A stretch of DNA of 53,704 bases from a virus (taxonomy: Duplodnaviria; Caudoviricetes). Of the stretch, positions 1 through 10,700 are shown one piece after another. Within the stretch, counting starts at the first letter, position 1; every line of letters starts with the position of its first letter. The notes below the pieces were generated by a model. That model was not told the origin of the DNA and did not search any database. It worked only from the letters and a program-made list of their open reading frames with translations. Location of the stretch: IMG/VR virus record IMGVR_UViG_3300023184_000166, positions 1 through 53,704 of that record. One strand, 5' to 3'. A program made the position numbers and the translations under genes.

Positions 1-212
1 TAGAAATAGGCGTAAGTGTAATCAAAGTCGGAATAGAAATAGGCGTAAGTGTAATCAAAGTCGGAATAGAAATAGGCGTAAGTGTAATCAAAGTCGGAAT
101 AGAAATAGGCGTAAGTGTAATTATAGTCGGAATAGAAATAGGCGTAAGTGTAATCAAAGTCGGAATAGAAATAGGCGTAAGTGTAATTATAGTCGGAATA
201 GAAATAGGCGTA
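1..212. repeat. 33-bp coding tandem repeat (11 aa TPISIPTLITL), about 6.4 copies visible
   Basis: Unit tagaaataggcgtaagtgtaatcaaagtcggaa starts at 1, 34, 67, 100, 133, 166, 199 with two variants (atcaaa/attata). Confidence 0.95.
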
Positions 213-1294
213 ATACTAATTGTAGGAAAAGAAATAACAGGTACTATTACGCTAATTTGAGTGGGTATTGAAACAGGCGTAATGCTAATTGTAGGAAAAG
301 AAATAACAGGTATACTGACTGTAATTGTAGAAGGCAAAGAAACTGGTGTAATCGATATAAAAGAAGGAATGCAAATTGGTGGAATAATACTTATGACGGA
401 TGGAATATTTATTGGCCCAATAGGACCAATATCTAAACAAGGAAATACAATTGGAGGAATTTGTGGTATTAGTGTTGGTACAGGGATGCTTGGTATGTTA
501 ATTACAGGAAGATTTGGAATCTGTGGTAAAGGAATTTCATATGTTGTCGAAGTAGGCGTATTGGGTTCTGTAACTGATTCTCTTGCAATTGGAGTCTGTA
601 CTATTTGACACTTATTATTAGATAAAGTTACAACTGGATCAATTGATGAATTGGGAGCATAGCGGTGAGTGCCTGTTGTAGCCGTGGTTATGTATTCACC
701 ATCACCAAAATCAAGCCTAAAGCTAGTAAAGGTTCCAGTAATTGTAATTGCATATTGAGCTAATATGCCTGTTACTGGGTTGTTTTCTAAGACAACAAAA
801 TCAAAAACAACATCTGGACATGCAAAATCATCAAAAATAATTTCTAAATTTTGAAGATTTCTAATTCTCCAATCAAGTGTATTTTGATCTGTATCAAAAT
901 TTATTCCAATGTGGTTTTCAGTTTTTATAATACAATCTACAAGTTGATTGTGGTGTTCGGCAATTACAAATCCACGAACTTCAGCACCGGCTAAGTTTTT
1001 ATGTGTTTGCGTTCCGCCAATATTTCGGCAACAACGCTTTAATTTATTGACCTTGCCATAGGCATTCTTTTCAACAGCATCATAATAAAAAAGCTCACCA
1101 TCTATATTTGCAAATCCATTATCTGCCCAAATTTCAGGGTCGTTTGCACCTACGGGTCTTATTTGAATTTCTTCAGACCAAGCCTGATTTTCAGCGGTTG
1201 TGACAGTTTCAGCAGTATTATACACCAAGTACAGCGTACTATCATCATCGTAGCCGTTGGGATAGACAGGTAATGGTGGAAAAAAATTCGGCAC
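1..1294 (-). CDS. Virion structural protein (3' end outside window): shared N-terminal domain, PKD-like domain, Pro/Ile/Thr-rich repeat stalk
   Basis: Absent from ORF track because it runs off the window. Read manually from GTG at 1294: MPNFFPPLPVYPNGYDDDSTLYLVYN...AEHHNQLVDCII...LDFGDG..., open to the window edge; paralogous to the two upstream ORFs. Confidence 0.85.
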   Translation of the reverse strand, partial: MPNFFPPLPVYPNGYDDDSTLYLVYNTAETVTTAENQAWSEEIQIRPVGANDPEIWADNGFANIDGELFYYDAVEKNAYGKVNKLKRCCRNIGGTQTHKNLAGAEVRGFVIAEHHNQLVDCIIKTENHIGINFDTDQNTLDWRIRNLQNLEIIFDDFACPDVVFDFVVLENNPVTGILAQYAITITGTFTSFRLDFGDGEYITTATTGTHRYAPNSSIDPVVTLSNNKCQIVQTPIARESVTEPNTPTSTTYEIPLPQIPNLPVINIPSIPVPTLIPQIPPIVFPCLDIGPIGPINIPSVISIIPPICIPSFISITPVSLPSTITVSIPVISFPTISITPVSIPTQISVIVPVISFPTISITPISIPTIITLTPISIPTLITLTPISIPTIITLTPISIPTLITLTPISIPTLITLTPISIPTLITLTPIS

Positions 1295-1341
1295 TGCTAG
1301 TTTAAATCCTTATTTTGTTTCTGAAGTATGTATCTAAGCAA

Positions 1342-3630
1342 TTAAAAAATCGCCATATTCCATTGTTTTCCAGATGGTCGATTTGTTACGCTGCTGAAAG
1401 TGGTATCTGTTTCATTGAATCTAATAAATGATTTATTACTATAGTCAAAACTAATATAAGCTATTTTGTCATTATCAGAAGCTGCCAACAAAGTTTGTGA
1501 CGCACTATCGAATCCAAGAACACTTGTATCTTGCAAGTTTCTAAAAGCTGGTGAATTAACACCGGGACCGCCAGTACTCCATAATCCAGTAGTTGGGCTA
1601 TATGCTGCAACTGCTCCTGAATTACTAAAGAAATAAACTCCTTGACTCAAAGAAACTAATTGACCTTCAATACGAGCAGATCCAGCCATGTCTGTTAGTT
1701 TTCTAATGTCAACAAAAGGTTCTGCCGTATTTCCGCTTGTTTTATAAAAACTTTTGATTCTAAAAAAGTTTCCAGTTCCTTCGTTGCGCATGAAATAGCC
1801 AGAATCTCCATGCCATGTTGATCTATAAACGCTCATTTGGCCCATGACAATATTGCCAACACCATCAAATGTTGCATTCTTTTGAAGTTCTACAGCACCA
1901 TTTTTATAATTGGTAGGTCCTAAAACCTCAACAGGGCTTGTAATATTTAAAGTTGATAATGCTACTTGATCTTTGTTTTGATTAGTTGGAGAAGTTCCTG
2001 CAGGTATTGCTGTTGATACAGTTCCAAGAATGAAATAAATTTTAGAACTACTTGCCATTGAAACCCAGTTCCAAGGTCTATAAATATCAGAAAACCCATT
2101 AGAAAAAATCTGAGTAAATGCATTATATTGAGTGCTTCTGATCACTTCTAAAGCAGGCGAGTCAATAGCAGCACGACCGCTAGCCCAATACATAAGACAG
2201 GTTCCAGAATTTCCTGATGAAGTAGCTGTTCTGGGAGTAAATCCAACATTTCTATGAAACTCTCTTTTTTGTTGAGCTTCATTTGTTTCCCCCGTCAAAA
2301 ATTCATCATTTTTATTTAAGGAAACCATAGGTCCAACTGATTTAAATGTTTCTGAAATCAGTCCAAATTCACAAGCTCCTACTTCAGTTTCAGCAGTGTT
2401 GTACATCCATAACCAAAGATTGTATTTTTCTACAACATCAATTGAATTTTCGTAAGTTGTTATACGATAAGATCCATATTGAGTGTCGCATCGTAAAATT
2501 AAATCATAAATTCCGCCTACGCTATAAACTGCTCTGGCTGCACTAGAATTATTGTGAGGAATATCATCACCCAAAGACCATGTAAAATAGTTAATGGGAT
2601 CAATGGCGTTTCCTAATCCATTTAATGTTTCTCCTCCATAACTTACTCCGGGAGTATTTGGATTTTCAATTGGAGCTCCATTTATGTCAGTAGGAATTGC
2701 TATGTCAATAATGGTGTTAATAGGACTGCGAATAACAGGAATGGTAGTGTACGGCCCACCACTTGGAATGCCTACTTGTGTAATTTTTTGTGTCGGATGA
2801 ACATTAAAGGCTATGCAAGCAAAACTTGGGGAAGGAAAACGAGCAGAAATCATATCGTTGAATTCTACTGTATCTGAACCAAAATCATTTATTACTGTTA
2901 ATTTTACAGTATAAATACCCGGATTTGTATATGTTTTTATAATTGTGCCGCCATCTACATCTTCGACAATAACATTAGAAATATTAGATGGCACAATACT
3001 ACTCACAGAAATTGTTGGAACAACAGACATTGTGTTATCTCCAAAATCCCAAATATGAGAAATATTTTGCGAGGTTCCATCAGTACCCAGTCTAAAGCTT
3101 TGATCGGTAAATGTAACCGTTAAAGGAGCAAGACCTACAGTTTTATTTGCTTTGAACCATGCTTTTGGCTCAAGAACTTTGTTGCGCAAATAGTTAATTC
3201 TTTGTTCCATAGTGCCTATAAGAGGTCTTGTTCCTATTTGGCCTTTACGACCACAAAAACCCTGAATGGCAATGAGAGCATCTTTTAGATTATTGTGATG
3301 GGCCGCCATCACATTTTGTGTCACATTTGTGATATTTTTAAGTTTTACATTATCTGTAAAACCTGATAAAAGTGTTAGTCCTTCAAATGTTGTTGTTGTT
3401 CGATTAGAATAAGAAAATGACAATGCTCTCAATTCAGCATCGCTACATTGTTCTGTTAGGGTAATAATTCCACTATTTGGAAATAAACCCATCATTTCGT
3501 CGTCTTGATAAACAGTAATAATAGTATCGCCGGGATTGTAATCTTCGGCTAAAACTACTCGCAAACCATCTACTGCACGGTAGAGGTTTGCATTATTGTC
3601 ATAAGAATTAGGAAAATTGCTTGTTGTCAT
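1342..3630 (-). CDS. PKD-domain virion/tail-associated protein
   Basis: 762 aa; PKD signatures APLTVTFTDQS, WDFGD, YTNPGIYTVKLTV; AAHHNNLKDALI motif. Confidence 0.8.
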   Translation of the reverse strand: MTTSNFPNSYDNNANLYRAVDGLRVVLAEDYNPGDTIITVYQDDEMMGLFPNSGIITLTEQCSDAELRALSFSYSNRTTTTFEGLTLLSGFTDNVKLKNITNVTQNVMAAHHNNLKDALIAIQGFCGRKGQIGTRPLIGTMEQRINYLRNKVLEPKAWFKANKTVGLAPLTVTFTDQSFRLGTDGTSQNISHIWDFGDNTMSVVPTISVSSIVPSNISNVIVEDVDGGTIIKTYTNPGIYTVKLTVINDFGSDTVEFNDMISARFPSPSFACIAFNVHPTQKITQVGIPSGGPYTTIPVIRSPINTIIDIAIPTDINGAPIENPNTPGVSYGGETLNGLGNAIDPINYFTWSLGDDIPHNNSSAARAVYSVGGIYDLILRCDTQYGSYRITTYENSIDVVEKYNLWLWMYNTAETEVGACEFGLISETFKSVGPMVSLNKNDEFLTGETNEAQQKREFHRNVGFTPRTATSSGNSGTCLMYWASGRAAIDSPALEVIRSTQYNAFTQIFSNGFSDIYRPWNWVSMASSSKIYFILGTVSTAIPAGTSPTNQNKDQVALSTLNITSPVEVLGPTNYKNGAVELQKNATFDGVGNIVMGQMSVYRSTWHGDSGYFMRNEGTGNFFRIKSFYKTSGNTAEPFVDIRKLTDMAGSARIEGQLVSLSQGVYFFSNSGAVAAYSPTTGLWSTGGPGVNSPAFRNLQDTSVLGFDSASQTLLAASDNDKIAYISFDYSNKSFIRFNETDTTFSSVTNRPSGKQWNMAIF

Positions 3631-4691
3631 TATTCCACCGTGATGCTATCTCTCAAGAATGCTCTTTTTAAATTTTGATTCTCAAATAAAATGAGCAAAG
3701 ATGGTTGATAAACACCCGGTAAATCATACACATACGATGTATAATGAATGTTTGGATCAAATTCAGCTATGCTTTCATTATCAACAGAGACTCCATTATG
3801 AGTTCCGGGACCATCAAAAACCCAATATCTTTGAACAATATTGCCATCTGTTTGATCAACAAAGTTAAATGTTGTCGCTAAATTAGGATCTCCGTATTCC
3901 ACAGTAGCAGTTTGCAATGATATCCCATTAACTGGCGACACATAATAAAATGGTATTATTTCTGTTTCTGAAATTGTTATGTAATTTGTTTTTGTTGAAA
4001 TTCCCTGAGCACCTAAACTACTGATAATGTTTAATTTTACTGTATACACACCTTCTTTTTGATAAGTGTGTAATGGACTACGATCAACGCTAGTTGTACC
4101 ATCACCAAAATCCCACAAGTAACGAACTAAGGGGCCTGTACTAAAATTATGAAATCGTACTTTTGTACCGGGAACTCCTTTGTTTGGATAAGCTCTAAAT
4201 ATAGCTCTTGGTGCTAAATAACGACTTTCTTGAGCCTTGAGAATTCCATTTAAGGAAGATGATGTTGGTCGATTCTGCAAGCCGACATTGTTCTCAATAT
4301 TTATGATTGCATCTTTTATTGAATTATGATGTTCTGAGAAAACTCCTTGGCTAACCACGCTGCCCATAGGCCAAGGATTTTGTCTAGAGCCAGCAAATCC
4401 ACGAATTAAATCTTTAAAAACACCGCTTACTTTGGTGTCATAGTATACTAATTCAGTAGCACCATTTTCTCCGGGAGGAGCTCCAATTCTAAGAATGCCG
4501 CTGGATGGAAAAGAATCATTATTTTCAACAACAATGTATTTTGCCGCATAAGTCAAAGACTGTTTTAGTGTCGTTTGGGCATTGTTGGAAGCGGTATATA
4601 ACTGGTATGGAGTATCCATGGCGGTTGGATACAAAGATAAATCTCCAGTATTATATCCAACATCTTGAGTAGTGGTACGACTAACGGCCAT
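3630..4691 (-). CDS. PKD-domain virion/tail-associated protein
   Basis: 353 aa; YLWDFGDGTTS..PLHTYQKEGVYTVKL; SEHHNSIKDAII motif; coupled to neighbours by 1-bp overlaps. Confidence 0.8.
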   Translation of the reverse strand: MAVSRTTTQDVGYNTGDLSLYPTAMDTPYQLYTASNNAQTTLKQSLTYAAKYIVVENNDSFPSSGILRIGAPPGENGATELVYYDTKVSGVFKDLIRGFAGSRQNPWPMGSVVSQGVFSEHHNSIKDAIINIENNVGLQNRPTSSSLNGILKAQESRYLAPRAIFRAYPNKGVPGTKVRFHNFSTGPLVRYLWDFGDGTTSVDRSPLHTYQKEGVYTVKLNIISSLGAQGISTKTNYITISETEIIPFYYVSPVNGISLQTATVEYGDPNLATTFNFVDQTDGNIVQRYWVFDGPGTHNGVSVDNESIAEFDPNIHYTSYVYDLPGVYQPSLLILFENQNLKRAFLRDSITVE

Positions 4692-5395
4692 TAGGTCTCC
4701 TTATTTTCCTTCTGAATTTCAAGCTTCCTAGCCGTTTCGTTCAATTGATGAATAATTTCTTGTTGTTTTAGAGCAAGCGTATTGATCGTTTGTTTTTTTA
4801 TTTCCATATCATCAGGCAAAGCCATGATTGTTTCTATGATATCTGTTTCAACGATCTGTTTAGTCAACATTTTTAAGTTTACTTTTTGTGATAATCGTGC
4901 CGACCAATATTCTTTTTGAGCCTGCAGATCATCGAAAGGTTTAAGGGGTTCAATATCCTTTAGACTTTTAAAAGACTCCACAAAAAATTTGCACTCTTCC
5001 AAAATCCACTTTTCTCGTTGTTCTAGATCAGTAAGAGATTGTCTTAAAGCTTTCTCTTGACGAACAAGACCACGAAGTTCGACTTCACCCTCTCTTATAT
5101 CCAACACATTACTGTCTGGAATTCTACGAAAGGTTGCAATTTGAGCTTCAATTCTAGCGCTCTTTATATCTAGTAGCTCCAACTTATCTTTTAGGTCTTC
5201 TCGTTCAAGCTTAATACTCTTTAAACTCTCCCATCTAGTTTTCAATTCCCTTAAACATTGCCACATTTTAGCTTGATTGGTTGGTTCTTTGCCTATGAGG
5301 AAAAATTTAAGTTGAAAATAGCTATGTCGCTGTGCCACTTCATTGGTTAATACATTTTCAATTTCTTTAAAAAGAGAGTTATTTTCATTATCCAC
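4691..5395 (-). CDS. Hypothetical coiled-coil protein
   Basis: 234 aa, E/K/L-rich heptads, AGGAG RBS upstream of GTG. Confidence 0.7.
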   Translation of the reverse strand: MDNENNSLFKEIENVLTNEVAQRHSYFQLKFFLIGKEPTNQAKMWQCLRELKTRWESLKSIKLEREDLKDKLELLDIKSARIEAQIATFRRIPDSNVLDIREGEVELRGLVRQEKALRQSLTDLEQREKWILEECKFFVESFKSLKDIEPLKPFDDLQAQKEYWSARLSQKVNLKMLTKQIVETDIIETIMALPDDMEIKKQTINTLALKQQEIIHQLNETARKLEIQKENKET

Positions 5396-5448
5396 AGTAC
5401 ATTCTCCTTGTGTTTTTTATATTATAAGGGAGTGCCACAAATCTAGTT

Positions 5449-6018
5449 TCAGCATAATTTAGCACCAATAATTGCTTTAAATCGACAACCATTACCTATG
5501 GCTTTATCAGCCCAAAGTAATTTAATATGCTCTAATTCTCCATCATCATCAAAATCACCTACCTGTTTGAAAAATTGACGGTTTATAAATAAACCATTCA
5601 AGGTTCCATCAACAAAATTCATCTTGCGATTAGCGATTGGGAAAAGAATATCTTTTTCACTTGAGACAAAAAAAGAAAATTTTTTGTCAATATTGTCTTT
5701 AACAGTTGTTCCAGCAAAAACAGTAAAAGCCCAATCTGCACTTGAATGTCGCATTCCAACATTCAAAAGCGATGAAATTGTTGACTTGCCCTTGTATACA
5801 GGACATATTTTTTTTATTTCACCAAGATCATCAGTCGTAGCCAATGAATCAGTAACAGCAATAAAAGGAACTTCTGAATGAAATTCTTTTAATGAATTGA
5901 CCGTTGTTTTTAGAAGACTGTGTGAATAATTAGGACAAAGTATGATAAAACTATACTTAAGTTGTTTTGGCGTGTAGAGATTCATAAGAATGAGAATTCC
6001 TGATTTGCTCCACAGCAA
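5449..6018 (-). CDS. GT-A (GT2-like) glycosyltransferase-fold protein; start probably near 5985
   Basis: YSFIILCPN..LLKTTVNSL..LLNVGMRHSSADWAFTVFAG follows the GT2 N-terminal pattern; DxD not evident. Confidence 0.5.
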   Translation of the reverse strand: MLWSKSGILILMNLYTPKQLKYSFIILCPNYSHSLLKTTVNSLKEFHSEVPFIAVTDSLATTDDLGEIKKICPVYKGKSTISSLLNVGMRHSSADWAFTVFAGTTVKDNIDKKFSFFVSSEKDILFPIANRKMNFVDGTLNGLFINRQFFKQVGDFDDDGELEHIKLLWADKAIGNGCRFKAIIGAKLC

Positions 6019-6469
6019 GGTTGTGCTGGAAGCTGGCCTTCATTTTTTGCAGGACTTCCAGAGGCACTCTGTGAGTATTATATTGAACAAGTTTGTCAAT
6101 ATCCCACATCCATGGCGTGTTAGGCATCTTAATCTCAATCTCATATCCATACTGATCAGCCAGATTGACATAAGGTTTCATTTGCCAAGCCTCTATATTA
6201 GTGTTATCCACCACTATAACAGGTTCTTTTGATTGCATTGCTTCTTCTGTTCGTTTTCGATTTAAACCGTGATAAAGCCCAATTTTGCTTCCATCAAAGC
6301 AATATTCGCCGTTTACCATGAAAAAATCGTCAGTAGAGAAGATTAAGCCACCAAGTTTTTTAGCCAATGTACTTTTTCCACTGCCGGGCAGTCCTCGCAT
6401 AATATAAAGAGTGCCAACTGGCTCAAAATTCATAAAATGGCCCTTAAATAAGCGTCGTATCGAAATCAA
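5957..6469 (-). CDS. P-loop kinase, AAA_33/N4BP2-like polynucleotide kinase; start probably 6433 (MNFEP)
   Basis: LYIMRGLPGSGKSTLA Walker A, STDDFF, IVVDNTN, HRVP motifs. Confidence 0.8.
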   Translation of the reverse strand: MISIRRLFKGHFMNFEPVGTLYIMRGLPGSGKSTLAKKLGGLIFSTDDFFMVNGEYCFDGSKIGLYHGLNRKRTEEAMQSKEPVIVVDNTNIEAWQMKPYVNLADQYGYEIEIKMPNTPWMWDIDKLVQYNTHRVPLEVLQKMKASFQHNLAVEQIRNSHSYESLHAKTT

Positions 6470-7283
6470 TTATAATAACATCTGTAGAATCAATAGCAAC
6501 ATCCAAGGCAAATGTACCACCAGTGTAGTCTGGGGTAAACATATTTGCCGTGTAAGAAGTATGGTCGTAATTTGGAACCATAACTGGGGAAATGCTGTTG
6601 AGACGCACTCCATTGATGTAAACTCTTAAACTTCCCTCAATAAATGCAGTGGAAAGAGGGGTAGTTAGATAATTTTGGTAATCTACGGTAACTGGAACTA
6701 TCTCGTAATAATGATGATGTGCAAATTCAAGAGAATACTTTAGATCAGCCTTAATTACATTTGGAGATTCAAAAGACCATGAAATGGTTGTTGATTCGGC
6801 TAGGTTTAAAAGAGGCAAGCTTCCATCGCCAAAAGTAATAGTTCCATCACCAATTGTTTCAACATCAATCGTTAAATTTGTCGCTTGATCTTGAATATCA
6901 GCTAATTTATAACGCTCTGTTGCAAGCATTCTTACGAATTCAACTGGATTAGTTAATGAAGGAAATCCCAAAGATTGATAATTTGTTAATTCTGAAGGAT
7001 TAACAGTTCTATTGCCGTCAGCGTGATAAGCTATGTTGTGATCAGCTTGGTCTATAGCAGTAGACTTTAAATTGCCATCTTCGTCTATGCTTTGATTAAG
7101 TCGATTAGCCAAAGTTCCTTGTGTGCCAGCAGTATTTTCAAGAATCCCAGCATGAATATCGACTGTGCTGTTTATAACTTCATCACGATGTGCTAAAGTT
7201 TTTAAAGGCAAATTATCATATTCGTAATGATAAGGCTGCCCCGGTTGATATTTCGGTACTTCAAATTGTCCTAAATCTGGCAT
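6444..7283 (-). CDS. Putative virion structural protein
   Basis: 279 aa in tail operon; C-terminal GSLRVYINGVRL beta motif typical of phage tail proteins. Confidence 0.6.
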   Translation of the reverse strand: MPDLGQFEVPKYQPGQPYHYEYDNLPLKTLAHRDEVINSTVDIHAGILENTAGTQGTLANRLNQSIDEDGNLKSTAIDQADHNIAYHADGNRTVNPSELTNYQSLGFPSLTNPVEFVRMLATERYKLADIQDQATNLTIDVETIGDGTITFGDGSLPLLNLAESTTISWSFESPNVIKADLKYSLEFAHHHYYEIVPVTVDYQNYLTTPLSTAFIEGSLRVYINGVRLNSISPVMVPNYDHTSYTANMFTPDYTGGTFALDVAIDSTDVIIIDFDTTLI

Positions 7284-7316
7284 GGTACTCCTTCAAATAA
7301 CAATACTTTCAATAAA

Positions 7317-7799
7317 TTAAATAAAACTTAAGCGCCAATTAAACACAATCTGCATAGTTGGTGTCTTTGTCAGGTTTGGAAATGTAACCATACTGTAAAG
7401 ATCCCCAGTTGCCATTTGCAAAGCCATTTCATTAAGCACTTGATTATTGGTTGCCACATCATTTGCTGGCAAAACAGATGTAAAAACAACTTGAGATGGA
7501 ACATTAGGATCTACTGCAGATATAACTGATTTGCTTACCAGTTGGCTATACAAACCATTTCTATTGGGAGAAACAACTTTCTTGTTTCCACCACCATCAG
7601 TGCCACCAATGCCAAAAAGCATGCGGTTAATATAAAACTCATAAGTTTGGTTAAAACTATTGGCTAAAGACGATGCTAAAGCATTACGCCCTGTAACGAG
7701 AATGGTGTTCGGAAATTCAATGACTTCTTCTTTGCCATCATCGTGTTTAATGATCATCTGTACATCACCACGGACTTTAATTTCGGTTCCAAATTCCAT
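7317..7799 (-). CDS. Putative baseplate/tail-fibre attachment protein
   Basis: 160 aa; NTILVTGRNALA..LNEMAL..FPNLTK..FNWRLSF pattern; operon context. Confidence 0.55.
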   Translation of the reverse strand: MEFGTEIKVRGDVQMIIKHDDGKEEVIEFPNTILVTGRNALASSLANSFNQTYEFYINRMLFGIGGTDGGGNKKVVSPNRNGLYSQLVSKSVISAVDPNVPSQVVFTSVLPANDVATNNQVLNEMALQMATGDLYSMVTFPNLTKTPTMQIVFNWRLSFI

Positions 7800-10700
7800 T
7801 ACAGTTCTCCTTCTTCAATCGAACCATCAAGATATTCGATTTTGTATGAAACAGCTTCTTTTTGTTTGATATCTTCACTAAAACTATCATCAGGAGCAGC
7901 TAAGGAAACTACAACATTATTATCTACTGATCCAGTAATTACTGATCGTCCAGAACGATCTAAAGTTTCAAATGTATGTTCTGGTTGATCGAATTGCTGC
8001 CCCATAATTGTTGCCCCCAAAGTGCTGAACTGATATATACTAATTGTTACTGAAGTTCCACCATTACCTAAGGTTCGCCAATACTGACCATCCCCCGATA
8101 ATCTCATAGTAGTGCTGCCAGCAGGACTATTTCCGTTGATATTTGTCATCCAGTAATATTCTGAATCAACTTTTACAATAAAGTTTTCCATAAACCCATT
8201 GTTTTGAATCGCTTCAGGCCCAACTATAACCTCATTTGTTCCATTTTGAATCCCAAGGCTTGTTTCGTAATCAACGCCTGTAATTTGCAAATTTAGGCCT
8301 CTATAGCTCAGATATCCAATCTGAGTGCCAACAACTAATTTCCTTATAGTCAAAGTAACACCGCCTAAATCCAAGCCATCATAATCACTAATGTAAAATT
8401 GATCAGTCGTATTTGGAACCAAACCAGTTATTGGATATTCAACAAAAGATAAAATTTGATAATATCCATTTGAGCGAATCATGCTGCTTATTGGCAGCAC
8501 ATTTGGATTAAGAGCAGTTACCTTGGCTCGTTTTGTAACATTCAAATAACCATTAGTACTTATTATTACTGCAGTCATACCATTGTAAATGGTATAAGTC
8601 TTCCCTGTAACAGAACTTGTAGGAAGAGTGCTGTCATATTCCAAAAGCAAATTGCCATTTGAATCTACATTCAAAATTGTATAAGTACCACCATAATCAG
8701 GAATATCAATGGTATATGCAGCCACAGCTGTTCCTTGATCAACATCAAATTGGCTTTGAATGTTTATTTTTTCAAAATCGACTGTGTCGTCTCCTAAGAC
8801 GATTATGTTATCTCTTTCCACATTACAAAGTGATGCGTAATTGATATTGTCAATAACGGGATTTGAAATTTTGAATGGAAAAGCACAACTGTTCAATTGG
8901 CCAAGATTATCAAATATATTGTTGCAATCGTCAATTGGTTCAGTTGGCGTAGTGCTTATTACAACGGAATTTCCAGATGCATCAAGAATGTTGTATTCAC
9001 CAGCATAAATTCCATCAAGAATTTCAAGAATACTAGTGTCATCGTTTTTTATGCCTAAATTTTCTAGCATTTTTGTTGGGCAGTAGAGCACGATGTCTGT
9101 GTTATATGCCACTGCTACTACAGAATTTACAACTTGTGCAGATGTTGCCAATGCATCACGCATAATGGTTTGTGAACTTGGCAAATTATTTAAATTGCTA
9201 AGTTTCATCGCTCGATTAAAATACATCTGAGCATCACCAGCAATTACACTTTCTTCATGCTTAACATTAACTAAAATTTCTATTTCTTCAACAGGAGAAG
9301 CTATAAATTCGTTTAAACCACCAGCAAAGTTCAAGGTATTTAAAACTGCATGAAAAGGTGTATTTTCTGTGAGTGTTTCAAGAGCCTCTTTTATTCTATC
9401 ATCACTCAATTCCCCCACTTCAATTTCAATATTGTAACTACTACTAATGCATGATCTGCAAGGATCGATAAAATTCTTGTCAATGTCACATGGCACTTTT
9501 GAATTTCTAATACTACCATTGTATTCATCCATGTTGTAGATGTTTTCTGAATAAGGAAATTCTGTGCGAATTTGTCCATATACAAGAAATTCATGATAAG
9601 GATGACGAGATGGAATCAAAGAATTGAACAAAACATCGTCTTCCTCAATTCCACGAACATTCCAGTTTTTCTTTGGGTACAATTGTAAGACTTCATCTCT
9701 TTGATCTAATAAAGACAAGGTGCGTAAATAGTCTTCGTATCCTTGCTCAGTAAGATTTGGAATTGTATTGTATTGATATAAAACTCTAACTATATCATTT
9801 TCGTGTAGCGTGATAGGATCAACTGACAATGTGTCGCCAACCCATGTCATAGTTGTAACGCCATCTACAGTAGAAAAAGACACATAATCTGATGTTAATT
9901 GTGTATAAGAATCGTTGTAGGCATTTGGATTTTCGTCATTGAAAAATCGAACATAAATTTCAAAGTTATTTGTATCAAGTGGTTCAATTAAAACTTTTTC
10001 AAGCATAAAATCAAGATTTGCAGCACCATAAACAAATGATTCTTGCCATGTATATTTTGAAACAACTTGCCACAATTGTTTTAGACTAATCATTTTCATT
10101 CCAGCTAAATCAAAAGCATGTTGCAATGCAATTCTAGTTCCTTTGCTTTTAAATTGTGGAATTGCTCGAATTATCTGTCCACGCCATCTTGTGGGATCAT
10201 TAGTTTTAAGTTTAAGATTAAAAAAGTTAGACAAATAAGGCAATAATGATTCGTGAAGCGTATTGGCATCTTGCAAATCTACAATCTGATTTGCTAGATT
10301 TTCAAGAGTTTCAAAACCAAGAGATATTGCTCCATTAAATTTATCAATTACTTGTGGTGTAACATCATTAGTAGCAAGATACAATTTGAACATTTCTGGA
10401 GTATATCGCTCAAGAAGTGTAGGATATTTTGTTGGATCAGTAAAGTGTGTTGGAATACTTGTTGTGACTTGAGTATTTCCAACAAGACTAAATTTAATAT
10501 GCGAAGAAATGGAGTCGCCAGCAATAAGAGGCGTCCATGTCCAACAAATAAAATAGTCGCCTTCTCTTGCACCAACAGGTTCCCATAAATATTCAAATGT
10601 AGCAGGAACAGTTTTTCCACCAATTACAACAGGCACAAGAGCATTATTGACATCGTCTTGTGCAGTAAACCAAATACCCGTTGTGCCAGCAGTAGCTCCA

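Noticed and set aside
1-212. 33-bp repeats as CRISPR or diversity-generating retroelement repeats
   Set aside because: Contiguous in-frame coding repeats without spacers; no reverse transcriptase or adenine-specific variation
261-608. 115-aa plus-strand ORF
   Set aside because: Antisense to the Pro/Ile-rich minus-strand gene 1-1294
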